A DNA stretch of 64,000 nt from Balanoglossus misakiensis (Eukaryota > Animalia > Hemichordata): NCBI GenBank assembly GCA_040954595.2, contig CM082589.2:3672213-3736212 (forward strand), written 5' to 3'. Within the stretch, counting starts at the first letter, position 1, and every line of letters begins with the position of its first letter. The position numbers were made by a program, and so were the translations under genes. The notes under the pieces were generated by a model that worked only from the letters and a program-made list of their open reading frames with translations, did not search any database and was not told where the DNA came from. Shown piece after piece: positions 26,101-41,000 of the stretch.

Positions 26101-27020
26101 ACAAAGGACCCGGATATTTCACCGTGTTTTTTTTCATGTGACGAAATCGCGCTAATCGTTCCTCAGGGAAGGCCGTGTCGTCTTCGCTCTTGCGATACCA
26201 GCGTGCAATCAGGTCAAACTTTAGAAACAGTTCGGACTGAGCGATCATTCAGCCGCGGGTAACGCAGTCACCATTTATCATCTCTGAACGCAGTTCGAAA
26301 ATCTGTTTTTCGCTCTATACCATACAATTATGTTTTCTTTTGACTTGACCTGCTCATGTTATCCTACTATTTTGTTTCAGAAATAAAATATCCAGTTTTT
26401 TGGAATATATTGCAAGTAACACAATTTTTACTACCTTTTACAAGAATTATTACATGTTTTATACTCATTGTAGAAATGTTAGCAAAGTTGGGGAAAGTTG
26501 GCAGAGAAAATGGCTCGAAAAGTTGACAGTGCAAGGGTGTAACTTAAAAATCGACCGACTCGGAATTGCGCGTGCTCGGATAAAAAAACAACGTTAATCC
26601 AAGGTAGATCGATGAACGTTTTATAAATTGAAGAAAGTCTACGATTCTAGCTGTCTAATTTGTGTTATTGTGAACAAACAACAACAAATTAAAAACAACA
26701 AAATAACATGCATTGTAAAATCGTTCTAGAGAGAGAACCCGTGATTGTGATTTTCTTTTGGTGAAACATAACACTTTATGTCTGACTGGGAGTTTGGATT
26801 ACAGTCTAATAATTGTTTGTTAAAAGTGTGCGGGAAGTTTGAGATCGTTTGCAGCGCGGACCAACCCGGTACAATTTACAGTGAATCGCGACAAAAATAG
26901 CGCCCGGTGACTGCATAATGTCCCAACCGTATGGTAGCCTTACTCTCACATCACAGCCAGCTATTTTCGTGGCCTGACCATATTGCTACTTGGCGTATTC
27001 AAAACGCCTGCCTCTGTATG

Positions 27021-27250
27021 TATAAAGGCCGTAGCGCCGCCGTCGTAAAAAAATACCTATCCGCATTTGAGGGCTACATGTGACACGCCGCACATATCGT
27101 CTGCCTGCGGTACCATATTTCGCATCGCAACTCAACGACTTGTCGTCCTTTCAATATTTCTTACGCTTTCCAACGGAAACTTCGAACTATATTTTGGCGG
27201 GACGCCGAACGCTGCTGGGAGAAGGGAAAGCCGCCAGCACATTTCTCTCG
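27021..27250 (+). promoter_or_regulatory. gcm: Probable gcm core promoter and non-coding first exon
   Basis: TATAAA at 27021-27026 and a strong donor CG|GTAAGT at 27250/27251. A matching acceptor cttcctccag ends at 29000, just before the first coding ATG. Confidence 0.55.
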
Positions 27251-29039
27251 GTAAGTTTATAGCCTGTACCTCATATTTTTCAAACTACCTGTTCTCATCA
27301 TTACAGTTATGAAGTGACGGTATCGTCTCCGCAATGTGCAGGCACACGCGTTCTTACCACCCTACCATCCCCTTACACGCGACGACCGTATCATGATAAT
27401 ATCCAGGAGTATTAGTTAGCGTCTTTTGGTTATTTTTTTGTCGAAGGGGGCACGGGTTCGCTGTTTGATAAACACTTGTTTTATTTCGCTGAGGGTGTGG
27501 TATCGTTTGCGCGGAGGGCTGGGGCTCGTCAGCTTTAAGTATTCGGAGTAAAATGGGAAAACAAAACGTTATAAACGCACAATCTAACAAGACATTGCCG
27601 ATGGTCGTTCTGTAAATACTAGTATTCTTACATTGCACTTATGCACAACCGAACGGAAAGTACAACAGCCCAACGCGTGTTCCTAACCACTCGTACGCAT
27701 TTACCCCCTTTGACGTCTGTTTCGATAACAGCCTTCTGCAACCAGCTTAAAACACCAGAAGCCTATTTGTGACTCGCACAGTCGATATTGTTTTAAGTTG
27801 CGATTCAGAAACGATTAATGGTTCATTTGGTTTCGCCAGAAATAGCCCAAGCTTTCGCATTTCGGCTAGAGTCAAGTTCTTTCGTTTTAGCACTGGCAAT
27901 CAGACTGTTCCGATCTCTGATCGCTGCCGGGTCGCTCACAACAGCAGAGGCGTCAACATTTTGCGAGCTTCACCCGTTAGCTTATGTTGAACTTTTGACA
28001 AATAAAAGTGAAACAGATCCAATTGAGATAATATCGAAAAAAAATGGCGGGATTGTCGATCGCGACCTTTGTTGATAGAGTAGAGTCATCACAGTCGAGT
28101 CAACATGGATGACGCAGCACGCTCCCCGATATCAGATCTCACATAACGGGCTTTTGCCACCTCCCCCTCCTTAGACAGATAACCCCTATAACAAACCCAC
28201 CCGAGATTAAACGTTTTAGATAAGTTTGACTGTTGCTCTCAACTCTATTATATCTGAAATGAGACGATTTAACAGATGACACGCGCCTGTCGTGCTATTG
28301 CGCCGCCGCAGTGAGCGTCTTGACTTGGCGCGTGCGGGCTCGCCACTCGAGGTGTTAATCAAAGCCGTTCTGTTGTTCTCCATTGTTGTCGTTGTGAATG
28401 ACAATTGTTTTTTTAAAGATCAAGGGGGTATTTATACGAAGGGTCCGATACTGCTCCGGGCACACCGCTGGAGACAGCAGGGCAGATAAGTCGATCAAGT
28501 CACGGCGCGAGATAACAGTACACCCTGGTAGAGTGCACACAGTCAACTGTCGCGAGAGTTGCGACCTTTGAATTTCAATTACAGGTATCAATTTTCTATC
28601 CTTTTCTGCTACCCCGAAAGAGTGATAGTACTGACTACTTTATGCGAGCGTTGCTCTCACGCTATTGCGTATTTTCCCCCTACCCGTCAGTAATACAGCG
28701 AACATTGGCAGGCATACCCGTATTCTTGCCAAACCCTCCATTGCGTGGTTTTAATGTCGCTGTTTGGTTACTACATTTTGCTGGCCGCATCGGTGCGATT
28801 TCAGGCAAAGGCGACTGGCTATTCAAATAGTTTCGCCCTTTTTTAGATTTCGCACAGCGAGTTCGGAATTCAGGCCCCGCGTGTCTGCCAAGTCGTTTTC
28901 CCGCTCAGCCAACACAGCACAAAGTCCGTGATCCACCGAGCGACGGAACAACCCGCGCACAACAAGTGTAATGTTCTGAAAACGTTTATTCTTCCTCCAG
29001 ACAGATATTGCAACCGTCAGGAAGAAGAGACAAATAACG

Positions 29040-32000
29040 ATGGAATCTTATCCCCTGATATCGTCCATCTCGGGCTCGATCAACAACGAAAATTCGATGG
29101 CGGCGTCTTCGTCCGTGCCAACTACATCCACTGTGTTATCGGCGCCCCTGATAATGGACGTATCGGAGAGGACTAACCTAGTAGGAGACACCGACGACGA
29201 TTTCTCGTCGAAATTTAGGAAACACCAAAAGGAAGAATTTAAGAGGAGGAAGAAGCACAAAATAGACAAGGTTAGTTTGTATCAAGATGTTTGACTGGAC
29301 TGGATGTGTTCCAATGCGCCGATTGTGCTTAGGCGAGTTGTGGTCGCCGCGCTGTGGCCCTTTCGTTCGCTGCGACGGACGAATTTACGCGCGAATTTAT
29401 TACTGTATATTTAGAGTTGGAGCTATCTTTACCGTCTGCCAAAATAAGACATCAGATTTATCGCCTAGCAAAAAATGTTCTGGCTAAAACCCCAACATTT
29501 TTGAAAAAAGTCATCCGGCACGAAAATAATTTAAGCTCCGAGTCGCTAATACAATATTTAGTAAATCTTTGCCTCCCAATGTTTTCTAAAAACGAAAATC
29601 GTGTAAGCTGGCGACAAAAAGTGGAGAAACCGGAAGCCATAAAAGAAACTCAGTATAATTTATTTTATTTAACGAAAAATGTAAAAATATCGACTTTCTG
29701 TAAATTTTCTTTTCTGTTGGGTGATGTGTTCTTATAATGGGGACTAAACTTCTTTTAATTTGAAAGAGTTAATTTCTTTGCGCGTATTGATTTTCGTCTA
29801 TCGGTAGATTGTAATTAAGGATACTCGCACAAGGAAATATTCGCAGAGTTTTGCTGGCTGTCATATATAATGTTGTAGTAAGCAACAGCGGTGGTTATAT
29901 TGTTAACGTGCGTTGAACCACCGCGTTTGTTATTTACCCTTTCACAAACATCACGATTCGGCCGCGGCATTTGCGACGATCGCCTGGGTACATTTGTTAC
30001 ATTTGAGAACCCCTCGTAAGTCGGGACAAATGGCGAAAGCGAACAGCTGAGATTGGCAACTCACGCTGGCCCGTCGTGGTCACGAAGCGCGTCGCGTCCT
30101 TCATCAGTGAAAGCAACGCGCGAGTCTACTTCACTCAAAGGACGCGGCTCATCAGCTGTAGCGTCCCGGCATGTTGAGCGCACGCGTTCGCATTATATTG
30201 GACGCGCTCAAATGATCATCGCGCCGCTCTGTGATTAAAAGAACAATAAAAGACGCAAAGAAAAAAAAAACATTAAAAAGTCACGAATATTCAATTGATA
30301 TCAATGGTGCTTCGTGATTTTTCTGTGGCCTGATCAAAAACTTGGAGTTGCATCAAGGAGTTCATACTTGTTATTGTCTGAAGTACTTAAATCAAGAGAG
30401 ATTCATTCGAACCGTATGTGGCAAGCAGGGCGAAAGATAGATTTACTTAGCAAAAACACCACCACCACCACCACCATCACCACCACCACCACCACCACCA
30501 CCACCACCACCACCACCACCACCACTACCAACAACAACAATAACAACGACGGTCTTCTCAGTATCTTTGAACGATAAATGGAAATGTAACCAAAATCTCG
30601 ACTATTCTATACTGAATGGCTAAACAAGTATTCGGATATAAAGAGCGTTCCCAAAAGTAACAAGTGCACAAAGTCTGGCTGCTGAATACCGAAATCGTGA
30701 TGTTTGTGAAAGGATATAAAAAACAAACGCGACGGTTTCAGCTGTTACATTTGGCTGATATGTTCTGTACTTTAAAAAAATCACCTGCGCTTTCTTCTTA
30801 TATGTATACTAAACTCACCAACGATTCCTGTATGTGTTCGTGATGGTAATACTAATAACATTGTTGACTCATGAATTTATGTCCGAACTCGACTTTCAAT
30901 AATAACAATCTTGACGGTACACGTGTAGTGAGTGTTGAAGTTAAATACTGACTATTTCTCCATGATGCTTTTGGAGATGGAAACAAGAATCTAAAGTTGA
31001 TACGCAAAACAAACAAAAATACCCAAACGTATTATATTAAAAGTAGTTACAGCTAAAACGGTCCTTTAAATAGACATCCAATCGTCAAACTTCTCAATTA
31101 ATTTATTGTCTTTTCCCTCCAAATGTGGTTGGATTTATCCAATCAATGTCTGCTCGTCTGATTGTCTGTTCGTTTGTTTGCTCGACTCTCTTTGCCATCA
31201 TCTGCCCATCTGGTCGTCTGTCTCTGTCCGCTTCACTTGTTTTCTGACCCCCGGCTAAAGTTCCCCGGCCTTTTTTTCGAGGAGATTTTTATGCTTCAAT
31301 TTACTGTTATCTTTAATTTTATAGCATTATACAAGGTACGAAAACCGTGCTGATTATTGACTACGTATAAAGCATTGTTAAAACACCTAGTGTTTGTATG
31401 ACTGGTAACTCAATGATGCCTTCTCTTGTTTACAAATGAACTTACGTCCGAACATGGATCTTTTCGGTAGCATATTGCAATATTTGGACAGCTCGCAATT
31501 GTTCATAGCGTATTCGACGCGCTCAAATAGCAAAAGTCAGATATTGCCCTTTGAGAATGTTAATACAATGCATTTAACCATGAAAATCACATGTGGCTAA
31601 AGACGGAAGGCAGGTGTGTCCCGGGGGTCATATGTTAGGATTATCAAAATGCAAAACCCATCCCGTGCCCTCACACCTCGATTTGAAAAGTGTACCTGTA
31701 CTCAATTTTGAAATTAATTTCTCTTGTATTTAAAGTTAAATAATATTGAATGGTTTTTTTTATAAAAATTGTAATCCTTTCGATAGATAATGAAGGTTAT
31801 TGTTTTTTGTCTAATTTTATATTTAGCTTTTTAATATTGAGACTGAGTGCAGCATATGTAATGTGTCTACCGCTAAATTGTTAAACAGATGTTTAGCTAG
31901 GGGTGTATCTGCGCACTGTGAAATTGTCCAGTAGACAAACACGTACAGCGAACAATATGACCGCAAGACATACGAATGTTAATAAAGATGTTACAGAGAG

Positions 32001-35000
32001 GTGCTGTTATTATCCGCTTTCGATTTTACTCATGAAATGGCGCGAAATGTAATCCCGAGTTAGTAGAGAGTCGCACTCGTAATGAGGCTGTCCTACAGCC
32101 AGACGCCTACGCCAGGTCGCGCGTTATGACGACAATGTGATCAGAAAAAGCTTGTCAATGGGAGCGACCGTTACCACAATGAGTTTATGAGTCTTTCTTG
32201 GTCACGCGATCCACTGCCTAATTTTAGAAAAAAAAAGTCTCATAACATTAACAGGGGCAAATTGTTGATTTTATCCTGTGATTGTAACTTGCGCTAATAG
32301 TGCCAGAACGAAAAGTGTGCCACAGGTTGCCAAATGTACATGGAAGTAAATAAAAGATAACATGAATGGGGTCAGATCTTTAACGAAAAGGAGCCCGTAG
32401 TAGAACACTTTGTTCCGTAAAACACCATTAAGTAAGTACCAATAAAATAGGGATCGATTTAAAGATAGACACCCGCGTAATACGTGTACGTGATCACGCG
32501 ATGGAGGCGTTGCTATCCCCAATTATCAGATCAAATTAACGTGCATTGCATGCATGTATGATTGTGTAATTTCTCCATTTGTCGCATACGTTGCTTCAAA
32601 ATGAAATGAATTACTACTCTGGTGTATAATTTCGACGAAAGTGAGATTACAGAGTCAACTTCAAGGAATTCTGTCATTTTAAATTCCTTTTTTTTCCCTT
32701 GAATATAGCAACTCAAAATCAACTGACGATGTGTCTACTTCCTCTCTCCGCACCGGAAACAGGAGATCGATCAGTGATTAATCCGAAATGTGGATTGTCA
32801 CTTTTGGCCAATAAAATGTGTATAAACACATATAAGTACTCTTGGCCATTCCATCATATGTTTTACTCCACCGTGACTGTAGCAGTTCACATCCAAGCTC
32901 CCGCGGGAGAAAAGGATTGTAAAAAGTTGAACTTGAAATACTAGTAGTTAAACTTGAGATAGCATACGCGTAAGCCTTCTCGTCGCTCCGGACGACGCAT
33001 AACATGAAGAACAGAATACAAACTAAAGTTGCATGCATGTATATTTCAAACTTAAAGCTTCTGGCTAGAACATTGAAGCATGTTGAAATGAATAACCGGC
33101 TTAAATAACCTATGGCCATGATGTTTGGCGGAGACGCTTAAAAGTCGCGGTGGACCCTTTCGACTCTGTGTACCCGATCAGACAAATTTACGCATGCGCG
33201 CTCTCCAAGCATATGGTTGAATGGGAGTGTGGAGAAATGGCGGCCGATTTGCTTTGTGCCTTTTCAAAAGTTGCGCTTATTGCGCGAAGAACAAAGGGAC
33301 TGCTTGGAAAGCGATTTTCTAACCGTTATTATGTCAACGAAATCCATTCTCTCCAAGGATTTACGTCCGTAAACTGTGTTCCCCAAATTGGTCATTGAAA
33401 TTTGAAGGTTCTAATCGCTTCTACGCACGTGGCCACGACAAAGGGACTCCCGGCCTGTCTATTATCCGGTCGTGTATTATTGCCTACAAAGATGTTAATA
33501 CAAAGCTTTTATCAAATCATCGAAACAAGCTAAATTACTTCAAAAACACAAATTCTAGCACGATATAAATATTAATTAAGTTGTTTTCACGCAGCCATTT
33601 AGGTAATGTCAGGCCTTATGTTTAGACTGAGGGAGTTTCCCCCGGACTAACAGTAACACCCCGACCCCGTTGGAATATTAAATTTTGAATGACGGCAATT
33701 TAACGTTTGTTAGGGTTTTAAATAATAAAAGCGATTGTACGTCAAACCATCTTTGATTCAACCAATTATGTCCTAGTTAATATTGACCGATGGAATAAAG
33801 TTCCAGTAGGGGTGCGCATAAAAGGGGGATGGAGTTGGTGGGTTGTGCCAGTCCTGCTGAAGGTGTCAGACCAGTATACCCGGTAGCCGTTGATTTCTGA
33901 GAAATGACAAAATCGCGCACACGCCGCATAACATCGGTAGGAATTGTTTAACGCCGTCTGACTCTGACAAACACGCCTCTATAATTATTTAGGCGAATTG
34001 AGATATCGAGGTATCAGTTAACCACGATTACTGACGAAACATCACTTTAATTTAATTTATAAATATATATTTTATATTTTTCTTTTCAGTTTGACGAATT
34101 CGAAGAATGGGTGGATGGCGACATGACTTTGAGATACTCGCCAAAGGACCAGGATGCCAGAAAACACTTGAGTGGGTGGGCCATGCGAAACACAAACAAC
34201 CACAACAAGAAAGTCCTGAAGAAGTCATGTCTAGGTAAGTCTCGAGCGCGGTCTCGCGTGACTTCCTTCAGTTTGGTGTCGGTCGACGGAATTCGTCGAA
34301 ACCGTGTCATTTTTACCTAACTCTGTTGCAGTATTGGGGGAGCAAGCGAGTGAAGAAGCAAACAAAAAGAGCCCAAAATGCCTAAAAACTAATGACCTTT
34401 CTGAAAAATTATGTCGGACAGAAAATGTGTCCGACAGCGGTGACGAACAAATCTTAATCCGAGAACTAGGATTCACTTCTCTGTTTCACAGCAGAAGTGT
34501 TTAGATTGCTCGTCCACACACACCATCTCTACCGCCATAATTTCATCTGAAATCTTCGCTTTTGTTTGTCCCGATGAGAAGGCTGGTATACCATGGAAAA
34601 TTAGCCCATGTTTGTTCCCAGACAAAAGTTGCCGGTCGAAAAAAAATTCCCGCGTGATATTTCACTGAAACGTTTGCCTCGAATGACTCCCACACCAAAT
34701 TCGTACCAAGTGAACCGTCTTCGAACAACAGTAGGTCGGACCATAATATATTATTTCATTTGCCAAGCCAACTCATATCTGTTTGAATTGAACTATAATG
34801 AATGATTCGTCAAAAGTATATTGGGAAATATGATAATATGCAATACGTACAAATTCCCTACCTTCACATTTGTAACTTTTTATTTGCTGTGACAATACAG
34901 GGACATTTGGTCGCTCACAAACAGGCTGCGTATGCCATTCTTTCGTAAACACCACTTTTGAACAACATCATATTTGCATGTATGAATATTCATCACCCAC

Positions 35001-38000
35001 CATTAGGAATTTTTACAGGTAGCAAAGTTTCAAAATAGCAATATTGCATAGGTCGTTGAAGAAAGATGAGGGTCTCAAATGCGAATGTAAAATCGATCAA
35101 AATAATAAGCAATTCATCCTTAATGCATATTTTATTTTTAGCTGTATATTTGCCATTGTGTAAACAGCACAGCCGCCGAAACAGGCGGTTTAAAAAAGAC
35201 GCTGTCGTTATCATCCGTCTAGAAAGGGAAGAATATTTCACTACGAAGCAATAAAGCTGCATGCCGTTCGTTTTCAAGTGACTATCAATGTAATTATGGT
35301 GTAATGACCGTCTGAAGACCGCATTTGCTTGTTTTGTTTCGCTTGCCACGTTGTGTTTGCCTGGAGTTACAGGTATATTTTCACCCGGCCGTTCACTTGG
35401 GTTAAAATGGCCGCTAGATTTACCCCGCCGACAAACTCGATGACGTGCCTATTAACTAAACGCCTCGTTGGGCATGATGAAACAAGAACGGCCCATGGCC
35501 ATCGGCTCAGAAATAGCCTTCATCGGTCGTCCGGTGTTTGAGGGTGGTTGTCTGAAAGACGAACTTGCAAGAGGGCGGGTTTGCCTGGCAGCGCATCCCG
35601 ACAACACTGATGCGTGAAACCGCCATCACAGAAACGTGGCCCACATCATAGACCATAGAGATTCTCTAGGGTCTATGCCCACATGTATAAGGCAGTGACT
35701 ATCATAAGGACAAGTACTATCGAATAGACAAAAGTTCCAAGTTGATTAAATTAACGAGGCATTTAACGAACAATAGAAGCCAATGTGTTCGGGCGCTACG
35801 GATGCAAATGTTGCGATAATTGATTGGGGGTGTGAATGGGTTTTTGTAACCATTCCATTTTAAAGTGGATCCTCATTAACATTTAAAACGTTAAACAACT
35901 GATGGTTGTGTGCGAGTCTGTCGTCGGTGTTCAAGCCTGCCTGCTCCCGGTTTTCGCACCTTTTATTTGTCGCACTAAGAAAATGCGACCTACTTTAGTG
36001 TCAGTTGACTTCTAAACTGGCCCTGCAGTTTTTCCTCCTTTAAATATAGCATCATGCAACGGGAAACCGCGTATCAAACGTTTCCAAAAGTTTAACGCGT
36101 AAACAAGAAACGGTGTAAATTTCTTCCAAAAATAAAACGACAAAAGGTAAGACAGAAAGAGAACGGACAATGACGCACCAGTGCTGACAAGAGCGCACGT
36201 TTGGTTCTCATCCTCGCTTTCATGACGGCATTTCACTCAAAAAGGCCAAAAGATGCCTCATGACTCAATGGTGACTGGCGGACGAGGCTTGCATACAAAA
36301 TAAGGACAGCCATATTCTCTCCGAACAGACGATACCCGATGCTTCAAAACACAGCCACGCAGAAATGATTCAGCTTAGGAAGCCCAGGAACCCGCGTTGA
36401 CCGGGACCATTCATTGATAACATATTTAGGGCATGTTGAACTGTTTCCGAAACTGTAAACGATACTGAGCTGTGCACTTTTCTAGTAGAATTAAAAATGT
36501 AAGAAAACATGAATTATAAAATCATGGTATATTAATTTTAAGTTATATTTTCTCTGAACCATCAATGTGGTATTACTTTTATATATATAATGACCAAATC
36601 CTACATCAGAGGGCGTAATATTATAAAGAAAAACGGGTCGGTTGCATGGGTCTAAACAAGCATGTCTTTTGATTTTGACGAAGTGCTGGCTGCTTATTCT
36701 GCAGAACACTTTGATGCGCAAATAATCGACGCAAATAGAGCCGTGTCGCTTGTGTTGATAGCAGAAACGAGCGGGTGAAATATTGACCCGCGCATTTTCA
36801 GTTCGGAACAAGTGATGATGACGATGCGATTCTGGCTGTGAGGGGCGGGCATGCCCGCATATTCGCTGCATGACGCGCCGGCGTACCCTTTGACATGCAC
36901 GAAGACTATCGATCTTGCGTGTACTCTCGCGGGCTTCCAAAACGACAAACTTTCGAAACTAGACAACTAGAGAAGGAAAAAAAATGGTGGGCTTTTGTTG
37001 TCGCATAACCAAATGCGCGCACTTTTTGTTTTATCTTGCTCTATTTTTTTCTTTTTCTTTTGAAATATGAGTGTGTTCTGATTATCGAAATTGACCAGAT
37101 AAGTCAGGTGAATTTAAGTACAGCGCCGTCCAAACAAGATGCCTATAGCGCATTTCTAAATATGACAATATATCGGAAATATCCGGAAATAAAATACATG
37201 CTGTTTATAATTACGGCCTACAGCGAGAACGGTCAATTCAGTGTATGGCAATGTTTTTTACCCACGAAGAATGAGATTGAAGATCATGATATCGCAAATG
37301 ACGTTATAATTCTTCTCGACTCGGATTTCAATTTGAACTGTGGTAAACCCGAATAATTTGTTGCACATATAGGGCCGTTTGGCCAGCGGCAAATGACACA
37401 TTTTCATGCGCCCGTACTTCCTTTGTTTAAAAAAACCCAGAAGCTGTTTTCGGGGAAAACACAAGGAAGCATTCGCTCCGTTTCATTCTTTCCCGTTGAC
37501 AATTGATAGAAACCCTCAGCTGGTCTATTCACACATGGCGGTTGAAACCCGAAAAGAAAAGAAAAATCTCATTTAGAAAGGTCACTGAGGGGACAAATTC
37601 AAAGAACACCCGCTTGCGAATTGAAATGTGGCGCTCCTTTAAAACCAAGTGCGAATTAGATAGAGTTTAGTGATGAGATCTGTGAATGAACGCGCTCATG
37701 CGTTATGCCGTTCCCTGCCGCAGTACTATACGCGCTTGGTAGTCGGATACACATATTGGCCTTGGTCGCAACTTGGGCGTAGCTTGCATAAGGGCATTTT
37801 CAAATTCAAAAACTGACAGCCGTAAAAAAAACACTGCAGATTTCAATAAAGGATTTCGAGAAGTCTACCTGCATACGCATGTGTACGGCAACACTCGCGA
37901 ATTTGTCAAAGTTCGGCAAAGGGTCGACGAATTAGTCGCAATACGTCTACCACGACAGAAGAAATCAACAATAACAAGGCAAGAAAACAACAACTGAAGT

Positions 38001-41000
38001 ACGAAAACAACTACAGAAAAACAACTGCGCCATTTTCAAGACCAAAAATATAACATTTATGCACGATGGCCCGTACTGCAGTGTCCCTGACCAGGGAAGC
38101 GTATTCCGGGAATTTTATCTCGACTTGGAATAATAATGTCCGCTGCCGCTATTTTTTCGGACAGCAGAAATTGGTGACGTCAACTCCCCGTTCAAACTTC
38201 AGAACTATAATAAATGGAAAACAAATGCTTTTCACCACATAAACACTCAATGTCAACAAGAACTAATGCGAGAACCGGGGATTGAAAATGGCCCCTTTAA
38301 ACAAATCAGTCACATAGCCCGACCTGGGCTGGCACATTCGATGTTTATATACTTCAAACAGTAGAACAAGAAACTACGGGTACATGTAGCAGTTGTTCTA
38401 GAGACACGAAATACAATGAGCAAAGGGGCAACACACTTTAAACAAACTTTAAAAGGGTGAAAAGAAAACAGCAAAGTTTGATCGCTTTTTGGTTAAAATA
38501 CTTTTTTTAAATTGCTTAGGATTTCACGTCTGTGTGTCGACAAAACAGGCCTCATTTGACAGTATTCGCACTAGAAATAAATCCGATAGTATAGAAACGT
38601 GTTTAAAAATAAGATTTGAAAAAAAACACGAGAAACGCCAGCGATTGGCGAATTGAAACGCTTCGGTTTGAACTATAATTGTACACCTTAAAAGATGGCT
38701 TTGGTGTATATAAGTAATGGTATATATTTTAAACTAGAAAGGAGTGGCCATGTTTTCAACAAACTGGAGAGAACACCAGGTTGCCAAAATTAGTATGGCG
38801 GGATCAAAGGAGCGGGTATGCTGAGTCGGAATCGAGCGGCTTCCTACAGTATGGTCGGTCGTGTATACGAGAGAGTCAATGCGTGGTCGGGTGTGCGCCG
38901 AGCCACCGCCGAACAATAGGCGACGGGGTTATAAAGATGGCGAGTGGCCATTGATCAAAACTTGCCATGACAGCGCTCACAAAGGCGTGGCACGTGTGAT
39001 GAGTGTATGGCACAACAGCTAGGCATCGTTTGAACAGCATATAAGCTACAATGAAACGAGTAACGTTCATTTCACCGAACCGCCTTGCAGTTATTTCATT
39101 CATGTGACATACAAGGCTATATTACCCACAATTCTTCATTGCACTCATAGCTATCGTTCTTTCGAAGGAATTTGATAATTCAACTTCTTCGCACCGTCTG
39201 ACCAAAGCCAGGCTTCACCACACATTAATTAAATTGTTGTGCTATGTTTTATACAGATGACGTCATCATTCGGACAGAGGTCAGTCCGTCGTAACTGATA
39301 CTGCAGTAAAGTTGCAACTTTATATTCCGCGTATAGGACTTGCTAACAAGTTGGTTCACGAGTTACATGTAATTAACGCTATCTGCCGTACTTTCCCAAT
39401 ATATATCTATGGTATCAATTAGAACATATGCTGGTAGATAACCTGGAAGGCGCGCGCACATCATTTCGACTGGGGTCTAATCGTTTAAGACGCATGCGCC
39501 ATGTTTATATTTTAATACGGGTTGAAAACAACTCCCGTCTAAATTTTGAAGTCAAGTTTTCACTTTTCACACAACTTATAAAATGCTAGTACGTTTGTTT
39601 TTAATTAAGAAGACGTTTGATAAGTGAACTTCGATAGAGTTCTGCATATTGTATGAATGTTCTTCTGTAGAATATTAATTTTCGCTGCTGCAAATGACAA
39701 ATTAGATCACCGTCCGTGTCTTTAAGATACAAAATCTAACACATGGCCATCGGCCCCTGAGGTGTTTGCGAATGACACCACATCCATCAAGGGCCGGGGA
39801 GAAATCTGCAGTTTTGTCGCGAGCGGACGGTCATGATGAAAACCCGGGGCGGCACGAGGACGGATTCGCTTTCCGCGCACGTAGTTACTCATTTACTCGT
39901 AACTGTCGTTTTAACCCCAGTCTCTTAAAGCTCGCCCGAGGCGTTAACGGATTAGCCACTTACCCAGATGTTGAAGCGAATCTCAAGATGACGGTGCTGC
40001 CCCGCCTTGTTGTCGGTTAGCGGTTATTATAACATTGGCATGCATCTTTCCAATGCATATTAACGCCAACAAGATTAACCCTGCGGCACCCAATGTCGGT
40101 CGCTCGATTTCCTCTTCTAATTGCGTCCTGCTTCAAACCAAAATGGTCGGGTCAACCGCGTTGGTTTTCCTGTTAAAAAAGAGATGAAAGAAGTCTTTAT
40201 TTCTTCAAAGTTGTGATTATTGAAGATATTGTGTGAAGGAGTCTTTGCTTATCGTACCTTTTTGACACAAACATATACTTGAATTTTGCATTTATTTATT
40301 TATTTATTTTGACCAGTATGTTCAACCGTTTCCTCTGATATTTTTCAATTGAAAACAGGGTGGGAGACTGAACACATGTTAAATGTAAAGTTTTGGAGAT
40401 TCCAGTCACGTGACCACCTGTTGATTCGATACTCGGAATGAAACATTCATTGAATATTCTTTAAAAAAGCGCAATTCAAGACCAGTACATGTTCGTTCTC
40501 TGTCACTGAGTTCTGGAAACTCTCACACGAAAAGTAGGTCACAGCAGAGAACAGAGAAAGCACGCCGCGTGGAAAAAGTTGAGGTCACTGCTATTGTGAA
40601 AACAACAAAGAAGGGTCATTCTCCATCGTCTGTCAGTAATTTCTTCGTCGAACAGACTAACGATTGCATTGCGGCAACTGCCAGCTTTTAACACGCTCTA
40701 AGCCAGCATATAACGAGAATTGTTTTTCGGTTTTGACGAGATAGCTAACTGAAACTTTTCATGGCGTACGATTAAGACCCAGGCTAAGAATCATGACGGA
40801 TTGCCTGCGATGCGAATTCTGTTTCTGCGACATTTTCGGATTCCAATGTTGCGTGACAACCACTTTTCTCCCGCGACTTTTATCACCTCCCTGATAGCCT
40901 GTATCCAACGGCAACCGGTTATTTACAGCAAAAACTATATCCGTGGCTAATTCGTTTTATAACTTCGGGGAAATTGATAGAAATCGCATGATGAAGCAGC

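Noticed and set aside
18000-27000. Hidden protein-coding gene in the gcm upstream region
   Set aside because: The short ORFs show no domain motifs or consistent spliceable frame; the region is best read as regulatory DNA with repeat fragments.
25005-40414. Perfect GTCACGTGAC (CLEAR) motifs at 25005 and 40405
   Set aside because: They are isolated E-boxes far from the lysosomal gene promoters and cannot be assigned a function from sequence alone.
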